Origin: Candidatus Neptunichlamydia sp.
GTDB taxonomy: Bacteria > Chlamydiota > Chlamydiia > Chlamydiales > Simkaniaceae
Direction of reading: 5' to 3'
NCBI GenBank assembly: GCA_965233865.1
Contig: OZ247587.1
Span: 1,088,001 to 1,152,000, forward strand
DNA length: 64,000 nucleotides
Positions 30,834 to 40,410 of the stretch are shown piece after piece. How positions within the stretch are numbered: position 1 is the stretch's first letter; every line of letters begins with the position of its first letter. The position numbers and the translations under genes are program-made. The notes below the pieces were generated by a model. The model made no database searches and was not told the DNA's origin. It saw only the letters and a list, made by a program, of their open reading frames with translations.

Positions 30834-32957
30834 ATGAATGAGCTCAATCCACAACAGAAAATTGCTGCCGAGCACATGGAGGGTCCCATGCTAGTATTGG
30901 CTGGTGCTGGATCCGGAAAAACCCGCGTTGTGACGTGCCGTATTGCTCACCTTTTAGAAGTTGGCGTCCCCTCCTCTGAGATCATGGCTCTGACCTTTAC
31001 CAATAAAGCTGCCGATGAAATGCGGGTCCGAATTAAAAGAATGGCTGACCAGTATGTATTGACATCGACCTTTCACTCTCTAGGAGCACGGATTCTTCGG
31101 GAATCGATTAGTGCAATTGGATACCGAAATGACTTCGCGATTTATGATGAAAATGACAGCCTTCAACTGCTGAAAAACTGCCTTGCGACAATGGGCTATA
31201 AAGACGAAAAAGGACTCTTAAAATCGCTCCGCAGCGCAATTTCCAATGCTAAAAATGATCTTCTTTCCCCAAATGATCTCTCTAAAGACTTTCGCACGCG
31301 GACCGACCAACTCTTAAAAGATGTCTTTGTTGCCTATCAGGGAAAGCTTAAAGAATATAATGCTCTTGATTTTGATGATCTACTTTATCTGACTGTGAAA
31401 CTTTTTCGAGAATCAAAAGAAACCATCGAGCACTATCAAAAAAGATGGTCTTTCATTTTAATTGATGAGTACCAAGATACGAATGCTGCCCAATATTTCA
31501 TGACAAAGCTTCTTGTTGAAAAACACAACAATATTTTTGTTGTGGGAGATCCTGACCAATCGATTTATTCATGGCGTGGAGCCAACATCCAAAACATTCT
31601 CGAATTTGAAAAAGATTACGAAAATGCTCAAGTGATCACCCTTGAACAGAACTACCGAAGCACATCTAACATATTGGAAGCTGCAAACGGATTGATTCAA
31701 CACAATGAAGAGCGCTATGAAAAAAAACTGTGGAGTGATCTTGGAACTGGAGAAAAGATTGGTATCTACATCGCCAAAAACGAAAGGCAAGAAGCTCTTT
31801 TTGTTGTTGAAGAACTAGTGCGCAAAACAAAGGAAGAACATCTTCCTTTCAGAGAGTGCGTTATTTTTTACCGGACTAACTCTCAATCTCGCACCTTTGA
31901 AGACGCCCTATTAAAATACCAGATTCCCTACGTAATCTATGGAGGGCTTTCTTTTTACCAACGACGAGAAATCAAGGATATTTTGTCTCTTCTTCGGATG
32001 GTTGTTTCTGATTCTGATTTCCTTGCTTTTGCACGCACAATCAATCTCCCTAAAAGAGGAATTGGGCAAGCCACTCTTGTAAAACTTCGAGATGCCGCTG
32101 AAAATAGCTCCCTTCCTATCCTAACTCTTGTAAGAAAACTTCTTTCAAGAGAAACAGAGGTTGTGAAGCTAACTAAGAAAGTTGAAGAGGGAATCACCGA
32201 TTACCTCCACACCCTCCGCACCCTCAAAGAGATGCTTTCCGACGATAAACCTCTTGAAGAGATCATTCAAGCGGCTATTGAAAACTCAAACTATGAATGT
32301 GTCCTCCGTGAAGACCCCGAAACACACGAAGACCGAAAAAGCAATCTCGAAGCTCTTATTAATAAATCAGCTGAATGGAGTAGCGAAAGAGAAACTCCCA
32401 CTCTAGTCGCCTTTCTTGAAGAGCTTTCCCTTAAGTCAAGCCTTGATGATCGGCCCGCTTATGATTCTGTCCGAATGATGACCCTCCACAACGGCAAGGG
32501 ACTAGAATTTTCCCTCACCTTTATTGTAGGAATGGAAGAAGATCTCTTTCCACATATTAACTCTAAGGATTCAGTTGAAACCCTGGAGGAAGAACGACGC
32601 CTATGCTACGTCGGGATGACACGAGCAAAGCAATTTCTCTATCTCACTGCATCAATATATCGGTTTATGTGGGGAACCTCAAAAGTGATGTGTCCCTCTC
32701 GCTTCCTCAAAGAAGTCCCACAGCATTTCCTTATCTCTTTTTCTGAAGAAGATCTCATCGAAACAGATGATGACTGGGGGGAAGAGACAGGCTTTAAAGC
32801 AGGAACCACTGTATTCCATAAAGATTTTGGAAAAGGGATTATCAAAAAATCTTACAAAACATCACTAGGCCTCACCTACGATGTCGAATTTCTCGAGTCA
32901 AACTCGACCCGCTCACTCGTTGGTAAATATGCCAAGTTTAAAGTCTGCACAGAATAG
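30834..32957 (+). CDS. uvrD: UvrD/PcrA family DNA helicase
   Basis: AGAGSGKT, IDEYQDTN, VGDPDQSIY, LEQNYRS, KGLEF, EERRLCYVGMTRA. Confidence 0.93.
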   Translation: MNELNPQQKIAAEHMEGPMLVLAGAGSGKTRVVTCRIAHLLEVGVPSSEIMALTFTNKAADEMRVRIKRMADQYVLTSTFHSLGARILRESISAIGYRNDFAIYDENDSLQLLKNCLATMGYKDEKGLLKSLRSAISNAKNDLLSPNDLSKDFRTRTDQLLKDVFVAYQGKLKEYNALDFDDLLYLTVKLFRESKETIEHYQKRWSFILIDEYQDTNAAQYFMTKLLVEKHNNIFVVGDPDQSIYSWRGANIQNILEFEKDYENAQVITLEQNYRSTSNILEAANGLIQHNEERYEKKLWSDLGTGEKIGIYIAKNERQEALFVVEELVRKTKEEHLPFRECVIFYRTNSQSRTFEDALLKYQIPYVIYGGLSFYQRREIKDILSLLRMVVSDSDFLAFARTINLPKRGIGQATLVKLRDAAENSSLPILTLVRKLLSRETEVVKLTKKVEEGITDYLHTLRTLKEMLSDDKPLEEIIQAAIENSNYECVLREDPETHEDRKSNLEALINKSAEWSSERETPTLVAFLEELSLKSSLDDRPAYDSVRMMTLHNGKGLEFSLTFIVGMEEDLFPHINSKDSVETLEEERRLCYVGMTRAKQFLYLTASIYRFMWGTSKVMCPSRFLKEVPQHFLISFSEEDLIETDDDWGEETGFKAGTTVFHKDFGKGIIKKSYKTSLGLTYDVEFLESNSTRSLVGKYAKFKVCTE

Positions 32958-32972
32958 AAACCAGCTTAAAAC

Positions 32973-33212
32973 TCACTTCCATGCTTCGCTCTTAAAAGAG
33001 GCGGTTGCCTGTTTTTTTAAAGAGACTCCTTCGTCTGTTTCGTCACCCTTATGGGTAATACTGTCATCACGAGGCTCTTCACTTTGTTTACCAATATAGC
33101 AACTTACAATACCATCTTTTGTGTCGCTCACTGGGCCACTCATATCAGGCGCCCCTGCAAAGAGTGAAAATATAACACTCGTTAAAGGGAGTAATTCCAT
33201 TTTTTTCCTCAT
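32973..33212 (-). CDS. Small hypothetical protein (possibly exported)
   Basis: ATG (MRKKMELL...) after AGGGAAAAG; hydrophobic N-terminus followed by an acidic tail. Confidence 0.4.
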   Translation of the reverse strand: MRKKMELLPLTSVIFSLFAGAPDMSGPVSDTKDGIVSCYIGKQSEEPRDDSITHKGDETDEGVSLKKQATASFKSEAWK

Positions 33213-33417
33213 TTTCTTTTCCCTGCTTTGACATCGCTTCAAACGTCTCACAGGAACGTTCACGGTACCGCTGAATAAGAAGATTTTTAAGATTATAGCT
33301 ATATTTTTCTCGATAGCGGAGATAATTATCATTCTGATTCTCTACAGAGAAATGGGCGAAAGGGATCCCTGCCAGAAAAACGCCTGCAACTATAATAATG
33401 GCGATTGGCTTTTTCAT
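33145..33417 (-). CDS. Small hypothetical exported protein
   Basis: Signal peptide MKKPIAIIIVAGVFLAG; AAGGA RBS. Confidence 0.55.
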   Translation of the reverse strand: MKKPIAIIIVAGVFLAGIPFAHFSVENQNDNYLRYREKYSYNLKNLLIQRYRERSCETFEAMSKQGKENEEKNGITPFNECYIFTLCRGA

Positions 33418-33525
33418 CTTTCGTTATCCTTTATCAAAATGCTTTTATTGCGATCGATTGTTGTCATTTACAATTTGTTTCACAAGTATTTTTTTTCTGA
33501 TATATAAGAAAAGTAGAGGGGGGAA

Positions 33526-34767
33526 ATGGGAAGAGATCTTCATTTCAGTCAGTGTGTTCAACAAGACCAACGCTTAATTATGAGCGTTGCGATGGAACGC
33601 GCCTTTCACGTTCTTCAACTTTCCACAGAAGAACTTGCTGATTGGCTAGAGCAGGAAATTGAACAGAACCCTGTACTGGATCTGCCCCGTAGCCCTGCTA
33701 AGGAATTCGATCCTTCTTCTACGCCTTCAAAGCCAAGCCTCTACGACCATTTGCTCTTTCAAGTTGCAATGCACTTCACCGTCGAGGAGGAAAAAGAAAT
33801 TGCCTATTATTTTGCCGGCTCCCTTAATAGAAAAGGGATGCTAACTCTTTCAACGGAAGAAGTTAAGGGAAAAGAAAAAATTCTTCATGTCTTTCAGCGA
33901 ATGGAACCCAAAGGGGTAGGGGCTCGCTCTGTTCAAGAAGCTCTTCTTATTCAACTCGAAGAAAGGGGTCATTCCCTTGCCTATACTCTCATTTTGAATA
34001 ACTATCATGATCTCCTTCATCTCCGACTCCAAAAGATTGCAAGAGAAATGAATCTTACCTTAAGCAAAGTTAAAGCTATCATTCACAAACAGATCCGCCC
34101 CCTCAACCCTTTCCCTGCTAGTGGCTATCAAGATGAAGCAAATCCCATTCTTACAGCAGATGTTACCCTCCACAATAAAGAAAATGTATGGAGCGTTGAA
34201 GTGAATGACTCCATATTGCCGCCAATTCAAATCCACCCCTATTATCTCAATGCATTGGAAGAAAAAGAATTAAAAAATGATGAGATAGCTTTAATCAGAC
34301 GCCATTTGTCTGCAGGAAAGTGGCTGGTTCGGATCATAGATCGCCGGAAGAAAACGCTTCAAGAAATTGCTACCTATCTATTGAAGAGAGAGACGGATTA
34401 TTTTGAAGGAATTACTTCTGCCCCCACGCCACTTACAATGAAAGAGGTAGCAAAAGCTCTTTCTCTTAGCGAATCAACGATCACTCGAGCTATTGCTAAT
34501 AAGGCCCTAGCTACCCCCAGAGGTTTGCTGACATTCCGAAGTTTTTTTGATCAAGGTCTCAGATCCATAAAAGGAGGGGTTTCAAGTAAAGAAGCAAAGG
34601 ACCTCCTTCTCAAGCTTATTAAGCAGGAAGAGGTTCCTATTTCAGACGAAACTCTCTCTAAACAGCTTCTATCTCGGGGAATCCAATGCGCTAGACGCAC
34701 TGTTACAAAATACCGAAAGGAACTTAAGATCGGATCAGCATCTCAACGGAAGTTGTGGAAACCCTAG
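33526..34767 (+). CDS. rpoN: RNA polymerase sigma-54 factor
   Basis: EIEQNPVL, SESTITRAIANK and RpoN box ARRTVTKYR. Confidence 0.93.
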   Translation: MGRDLHFSQCVQQDQRLIMSVAMERAFHVLQLSTEELADWLEQEIEQNPVLDLPRSPAKEFDPSSTPSKPSLYDHLLFQVAMHFTVEEEKEIAYYFAGSLNRKGMLTLSTEEVKGKEKILHVFQRMEPKGVGARSVQEALLIQLEERGHSLAYTLILNNYHDLLHLRLQKIAREMNLTLSKVKAIIHKQIRPLNPFPASGYQDEANPILTADVTLHNKENVWSVEVNDSILPPIQIHPYYLNALEEKELKNDEIALIRRHLSAGKWLVRIIDRRKKTLQEIATYLLKRETDYFEGITSAPTPLTMKEVAKALSLSESTITRAIANKALATPRGLLTFRSFFDQGLRSIKGGVSSKEAKDLLLKLIKQEEVPISDETLSKQLLSRGIQCARRTVTKYRKELKIGSASQRKLWKP

Positions 34768-36232
34768 ATTCTTCAAATGATAGCCCTACTCTATAGCAAT
34801 CGATTTCATCTGCCCAAGCTCTAATAAGCCCATGAACAGAGTAAAAAGACAGTTTTTTTATGTCTTTTTCAAGGTCCAGACGGCGATAGAGCCCCATTTG
34901 AAGGGCGTCCGGGTTCTTGAATGAACCTTTCCCTCGGCGAATATTCCAAGAATAGATTCCTTCTTGCGGGATTTCTCTATCTTCTCTTGAAAGATGAAAA
35001 TAGAATCCATAGGCATGAGTCTTTTGCATGGCTGCGATACAAACCGGGAGGGAAATAGCTTCGGAAACCTTCACTTGATCTGTTGAAAAAAGGACATAGA
35101 GGGAGGACTCCGCATTCCGCCAAAGAGATTGAAGAATAGCCTTTTTTAAATGCGCTTCGCCGTAGTCTGAAGAGCGGGTAAACCGTACTCCACTATGTGC
35201 TTGTTTCATCATTTCATAATCATTAAAGTTCTTCTCAGTGCATTGATAAATCACGTGGATCATGGCGATTCCATTTAGATTTTTTTCACATGAAGCCAAA
35301 CAATCATCAAGTTGCATAGGGGAATCTTCAGAAAGGAGAACAAGATCTACTAGAGCTTCTCTACAGGGCTGCTCCAAGGCTGCTTTTACAGGATCAGCTC
35401 TAAAAGCTATTCTTCTGTTCTTTCGATTTCCTTTAAATTTTTCATTATGAACGTATAAGACATCGGGGATAAAGCGGACATGTGCTTTTGCAAGTTCAGC
35501 CATCGGGATTAACAGCGCATTTTCATCCTTAATCGAGATAAAAAAGCCTGTTTCAATATGAATCTTCTTGAAAAGGCCTGCATAATATGTTTTCAGTGGT
35601 GCAACAACCCATGGAGCACGCTGGACCCTTTTTTTGTAGAGGATCTTCTTTGGTTTAGGATCATGAATTCCCTTTTCCAGATTCATATAATCGATGTACT
35701 GTCCATAGGTAAGCCAAACATCGGGGTTAGTATAATTCTGATTTAAACGGGTAAGAACATCTTCATGAGCTAACCAGTCATGTCCATAGAGGTGAATAAT
35801 CACCTCATCATCATTAGAATGGGAAACAAGATTGTAATACCTCTCGTAAACCTGATGATCATATTCGCATTCAATTAAGGACATTTTACAATCTTTTTTC
35901 TCCACTGCTTTCTGAATTTGAGCTGTTGTGCCATCATTTGATTGCTGATCAATGTAAACAACTCGAAAGTTTGAATATTTCTGCATGAGGACCGAATCAA
36001 TATTTTGATCAATTGAATCAATATTATTATGAGTTAATATAATGAAAGTAAATGATTTATCTTCGTCCGGTTCTATTTCAATAAAGGCAAAGTCTTCTGC
36101 AGGAATGATCCGAGTTTCCTTCTTCGATTTGATCAACCGATACTCTCTAACAAAAAAGATCGGCAGCAATAGAATAATAAATAGTATAAAAAGTCTATGT
36201 GTTAATGACTTTTCTCTTTTAGTCCCTTTCAT
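34724..36232 (-). CDS. Membrane-anchored GT2-like glycosyltransferase with a second GT-A-like domain
   Basis: N-terminal TM, IDSVLMQKYSNFRVVYIDQQSNDGT, VWLTYG; paralogue of 40411-42015. Confidence 0.75.
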   Translation of the reverse strand: MKGTKREKSLTHRLFILFIILLLPIFFVREYRLIKSKKETRIIPAEDFAFIEIEPDEDKSFTFIILTHNNIDSIDQNIDSVLMQKYSNFRVVYIDQQSNDGTTAQIQKAVEKKDCKMSLIECEYDHQVYERYYNLVSHSNDDEVIIHLYGHDWLAHEDVLTRLNQNYTNPDVWLTYGQYIDYMNLEKGIHDPKPKKILYKKRVQRAPWVVAPLKTYYAGLFKKIHIETGFFISIKDENALLIPMAELAKAHVRFIPDVLYVHNEKFKGNRKNRRIAFRADPVKAALEQPCREALVDLVLLSEDSPMQLDDCLASCEKNLNGIAMIHVIYQCTEKNFNDYEMMKQAHSGVRFTRSSDYGEAHLKKAILQSLWRNAESSLYVLFSTDQVKVSEAISLPVCIAAMQKTHAYGFYFHLSREDREIPQEGIYSWNIRRGKGSFKNPDALQMGLYRRLDLEKDIKKLSFYSVHGLIRAWADEIDCYRVGLSFEESRVSTTSVEMLIRS

Positions 36233-36280
36233 TTTATTACACTCTCTTTATAGTTTGAATAACTAGAGGGAGAGGGCTTG

Positions 36281-37096
36281 TCAACAGAATTGAGCTAAAA
36301 TCTGCCTAATGCGTGGTGATTTTGGAACCTCATCTTCCAAATATTCGAGGAGCTTTTCAATGGGTTGTGTTGCAAACTTTTGGATCTCAGAATCTTTTAA
36401 TCGAAGCACAATAGGAAATGTGTATTTTTGATTAGGAAATATTTGATAAAGTTTTTTGAGAGCTTTTTTTAGTATTCTTCGGTCCCTAATCAATGCCGCG
36501 AATCTAAAGGCTAAATCGACAAAAGGAATCACCGTCACAATCCTAATAATAGGAAAGAATGGAGAAGATAAAAAAAAGAGAGAGGTCATTTGAACAACTA
36601 ATGAAAGCAAAGTCAGTGAGATAAAGAAAAGTGCATGACTGGGTTTACGAAATAAAGGGCCCAAAAACTGACGCCACCTAGAAGTAGAATGTTCATACGC
36701 AAGAATCTCTTCGAAACAAGGTTCATCAAAAGCCACACGGAGCGCATGCAAAGTCTCATGATTTAATACTTCGTCCCTTGAATAGAAAAGAAACTTCCCC
36801 TTTTTGAACCTCTTCCGAAGTTGAATAAGAGGGGGTTTTTCACCAAAGACCCAAAGCGCTGCGCCCTGCCAAGGGAGAAGCCCCCGGTTTGAATATGTCA
36901 TCGGAATCCATTTTGGGGAAACTCCATAGAGCTCTTCGCATTGAGGCTCCCACTCTTCCAGGATTTTTCCATCAATTTCTTGTTTTTTTTGGCTTCGGAG
37001 AATGTCAATCCGCTTGACAAAATCCCCCTCAGTTTCATCCGGACCAGGGATAATCCCTTCTTTCCCTAATAACTTTAGTTCCTCTTTAGTTAGCAT
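36281..37096 (-). CDS. Hypothetical membrane protein with HExxH motif (putative zinc metallopeptidase)
   Basis: EVLNHETLHALR...FEEILAY and two C-terminal TM segments. Confidence 0.6.
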   Translation of the reverse strand: MLTKEELKLLGKEGIIPGPDETEGDFVKRIDILRSQKKQEIDGKILEEWEPQCEELYGVSPKWIPMTYSNRGLLPWQGAALWVFGEKPPLIQLRKRFKKGKFLFYSRDEVLNHETLHALRVAFDEPCFEEILAYEHSTSRWRQFLGPLFRKPSHALFFISLTLLSLVVQMTSLFFLSSPFFPIIRIVTVIPFVDLAFRFAALIRDRRILKKALKKLYQIFPNQKYTFPIVLRLKDSEIQKFATQPIEKLLEYLEDEVPKSPRIRQILAQFC

Positions 37097-38153
37097 TGTT
37101 TCTTTTTCTAATCGTGTTGAGCTGAATCAATAGACCTGCAAAAAGAGCCAGATTTGCAATCAAGATTACCGCATTAAAGAGAAGAATCTGGTTATTCTTA
37201 CGAGAAATCGAGGCAAGACGCCTTTTAACGTTTCTCTCAAATTTTGTCTCATCTTCAAACCATGTTGAAGCATAGTAATGGTGGGCAAAAAGAGAGAAAT
37301 CTTCATCAATGCGATTGAAGTAGGCTGCCGGGAAGACAATATCCTTTGTTTCACCCTTTCCAGAGAGTTCTCTTGCAGCATCATCAAAAGAAGACCAACT
37401 ACGATATGCCACGCGATAGATAATAGACTCCTTGTCATCCCCAGGGAAAGCAGCAGAGATTTCATCCCAACGTTCTTTCACATTATCTATGCTCTTCTTA
37501 AGAACTGGATGCCTTGGATGAGCTCCTACAATATTGTTGTTCACAGAGATCGAACTGCTAAGTACAGGTTCATGAGGAGCTTCTAAGCCGCAATATAGAT
37601 GGTAGTTATGATGGAAAGGAGCAAAAGATTTATAACATTTCACATCATGATCAACATAAACTCCTCCTTCCTGATTAAGGATCTCGTACCTGAGAAGCTC
37701 TGACTTTTCAGCGTAGTTATCAGATTCTTCATAACAATATTTCAATGACTCGAAACTGAAATCCGCAACGAGCTTTATTTCCATATTTTTATTTGGAAGA
37801 GGACGCTTACGATCTGTCCAAAATTTGACTGTCCAGTCGGGGTGTTTTTCAACCCAAGAGTTCACATTCTCAATAGACTCCTTAGGAAAGGTGTTTGGCC
37901 CAACCCAAATAAAATGGATGATTTTTGGAATTTTAACCTCATCTTCTTTCAGAAATTGCAATGCATTGTTCTGTTCATACAGTGCTTTGAAAAGGCAAAT
38001 ATTTTGGTAATCTTCGTGCGTTTCAACAAATTTCCAAACACTCTTACTGGATCCCATCAACATGTTGAAATCATCACTCTGTTTAAGCTCATTTTTTTTC
38101 TCACAAGCAAATATAAGAAAAAAAAGAGGAATTAAAACCCTAAACAATTTCAT
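37086..38153 (-). CDS. GT32 (DXD, OCH1-like) glycosyltransferase, predicted lipoprotein with C-terminal TM
   Basis: IPKIIHFIWVG, KSELLRYEILNQEGGVYVDHD; lipobox IFAC; hydrophobic C-terminus. Confidence 0.85.
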   Translation of the reverse strand: MKLFRVLIPLFFLIFACEKKNELKQSDDFNMLMGSSKSVWKFVETHEDYQNICLFKALYEQNNALQFLKEDEVKIPKIIHFIWVGPNTFPKESIENVNSWVEKHPDWTVKFWTDRKRPLPNKNMEIKLVADFSFESLKYCYEESDNYAEKSELLRYEILNQEGGVYVDHDVKCYKSFAPFHHNYHLYCGLEAPHEPVLSSSISVNNNIVGAHPRHPVLKKSIDNVKERWDEISAAFPGDDKESIIYRVAYRSWSSFDDAARELSGKGETKDIVFPAAYFNRIDEDFSLFAHHYYASTWFEDETKFERNVKRRLASISRKNNQILLFNAVILIANLALFAGLLIQLNTIRKRNNAN

Positions 38154-39250
38154 GATTCCTTCTTTTTTATCTCTCTGTTAATAAGAACGTATAAAACAAA
38201 ACACCCCATCAAAGCAAGCAAACTAAATAGCTCAACCTTAATAATTTTTGCATCACGATTTCTCAAAGAACGTAGTGACTGCAAAAAACATCTTTCATTG
38301 GGAGATTCATTAAGATCATGCCAAGTGGTTCCATAAAGATGTTCTGAATAGAAACCTGGAAGCCCATGCTTTGGGTAAAAGTAGCAAGCAGGGAAGATTA
38401 TATCTGTGTTTTCTGGATGATTGAGACCCGTACTAAAAGCATGGGTCATAGCAATTAAAGTGCGATGCACAACACGCCTTGCCTGAGCCAGGGGATTTGT
38501 TGATGAGAAATTTTCTGTTACATCGTCCCAACGATCTAAGACTTTCTTAATTGCTTCTTTCATCACAGGATGATGGGGCTTTGCACCAATGATTCCAATC
38601 CCAGCTGTCACCGCCAGGTTATCGATTCCTTCATGGGGTATCTCTAAACACGCATAAAAATCATACCCGGTATTGAGTCCATGAAAAGGCCGAAGGCACT
38701 TTGCATCGTGATCGATATAAATCCCCCCAAGTTGATAGAGAATTTCATAACGCCAAATATCTGATTTTTCTCCCCAATTATTTGATTCTTCAAATTTCTC
38801 TTTTAGATATAAGAAGTTGAAATCTTCCACATACCGAACCTCCATTTCTCGACAAGGAGGAGGGCGTTTTCTATCAGTCCAAAAAATGAATGCCCAATCT
38901 GGATGGTGAGCCTTCCAAGTGCGAATAATTTCTACCGATCTTGAGGGGAACGGTTTGGGACCGATCCAAATCAAGTGAATTGTTTTAGGAATTTTGAAAA
39001 TGGGGCTTGAGTTGAACTGATACTGCTGATTTTTCTTATATAGAGTCTTAAAGTACTCAATATCTTTGTAATCTCTTTTTGTCTGAATATAGCCCCAATC
39101 ACCTGTGCCACTCCCCTCAAGTTCTTCGAATGGGTGTTGAAGGGTTAAATTTTTAAATGTGAGGGCCTTGCTTTTCTTAAAGTTATTAGAAAAAACATAG
39201 AAGAACACAAGAGGGCAGATAAATAATAAGAGTATCAGTTCTTTTTTCAG
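38150..39250 (-). CDS. GT32 (DXD) glycosyltransferase, N- and C-terminal hydrophobic segments (start probably CTG 39250 or GTG 39208)
   Basis: IPKTIHLIWIG, KSDIWRYEILYQLGGIYIDHD; the frame is open from CTG 39250 (KKELILLLFICPLVFFYVF). Confidence 0.85.
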   Translation of the reverse strand: MKKELILLLFICPLVFFYVFSNNFKKSKALTFKNLTLQHPFEELEGSGTGDWGYIQTKRDYKDIEYFKTLYKKNQQYQFNSSPIFKIPKTIHLIWIGPKPFPSRSVEIIRTWKAHHPDWAFIFWTDRKRPPPCREMEVRYVEDFNFLYLKEKFEESNNWGEKSDIWRYEILYQLGGIYIDHDAKCLRPFHGLNTGYDFYACLEIPHEGIDNLAVTAGIGIIGAKPHHPVMKEAIKKVLDRWDDVTENFSSTNPLAQARRVVHRTLIAMTHAFSTGLNHPENTDIIFPACYFYPKHGLPGFYSEHLYGTTWHDLNESPNERCFLQSLRSLRNRDAKIIKVELFSLLALMGCFVLYVLINREIKKKES

Positions 39251-40407
39251 ATCTTACCTTTTAAAAAAATTTTAATTTTTTCATTTTTGGCCTGTTCCAG
39301 GGAAATAGTATCCACATTAGAGTCCTGCTTATTTCTCCATTCTTTTTCCATAGCATGGCTTCTTTTATTCATCGCGCTAAGCTGCATCCAAAGTCCTGAA
39401 AAAAGAGCCAAGTTCACAGTTAAGATCACTCCGCTAAAGAGGAGAATCTGGTTATTCTTACGAGAGATTGAAACAAGCCGCCTCCTAACATTTCTCTCGA
39501 ATTTTGTCTCATCTTCAAACCACGTTGAGTCGTAATAGTGGTGAGCAAACAGAGAAATAGCATCATCAATACGGTTAAAGTAAGCTGCCGGAAAAGCAAT
39601 ATCTTTTGTTGCACCTTTCCCGATAAGCTCTCTTACAGAGTCTCCAAAGGAAGACCAACTACGCTGCGCCACGCGATAGATAATTGATTCCTTATCATTA
39701 CCTGGATAAGCAGCAGAAATCTTATTCCAGCGCTCTTTCACATGCTTAATAGTTTTCTTAAGAATTGGGTGTTTTGGGCAGGTTCCAATAACATTATTAT
39801 TCACAGAGATCGAGCTGCTAAGCACCGGTTCATGAGGAGGCTCCAAACCACAATATAGATCGAAGTTATGGTGGAATGGCGCAAAGGATTTAAAACACTT
39901 TACGTCATGATCAACATAAAGCCCTCCCTCGTGGTAAAGAATCTCGTACCTGAGAAGGTCAGATTTTTCGGCGTAGTTGTCAGACTCCTCGTAATAGGCC
40001 CCCAGCACTTCAAAAGTAAAATCTGAAATGAGATTCAATTCCATATTTCTGTTTGGAAGGGGTCGCCTACGGTCTGTCCAAAATTTGATTATCCAATCAG
40101 GGTGCTTTTCAATCCAAGACTTCACATTCTCAACACCCTCCTTGGGAAAAGGGTTCGGTCCAACCCAAATTAAGTGGATGACCTTAGGAATCCTGTTCTC
40201 AACACCCTTCAAAAACTGCAGTTTGCTATTCTTCTCGTATAGCTCGGTAAAAAGCCGAATATTTTGATGATCTTCATGGGTTTCAACAAAATTCCAAACG
40301 CTTTTGTTGGACCCCATCAAAGTCTTGAAGTCATCGCTATGTTTAAATGCATTTTTTCTCGCGCGGGCAGACGAGAAAGCACGTAGTAGGTTCAACGCTT
40401 TTTTCAA
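39247..40407 (-). CDS. GT32 (DXD) glycosyltransferase, recent paralogue of 37086-38153 with altered termini
   Basis: Long identical stretches with 37086-38153 (e.g. PHEPVLSSSISVNNN, STWFEDETKFERNV); no lipobox. Confidence 0.85.
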   Translation of the reverse strand: MKKALNLLRAFSSARARKNAFKHSDDFKTLMGSNKSVWNFVETHEDHQNIRLFTELYEKNSKLQFLKGVENRIPKVIHLIWVGPNPFPKEGVENVKSWIEKHPDWIIKFWTDRRRPLPNRNMELNLISDFTFEVLGAYYEESDNYAEKSDLLRYEILYHEGGLYVDHDVKCFKSFAPFHHNFDLYCGLEPPHEPVLSSSISVNNNVIGTCPKHPILKKTIKHVKERWNKISAAYPGNDKESIIYRVAQRSWSSFGDSVRELIGKGATKDIAFPAAYFNRIDDAISLFAHHYYDSTWFEDETKFERNVRRRLVSISRKNNQILLFSGVILTVNLALFSGLWMQLSAMNKRSHAMEKEWRNKQDSNVDTISLEQAKNEKIKIFLKGKI

Positions 40408-40410
40408 ACC

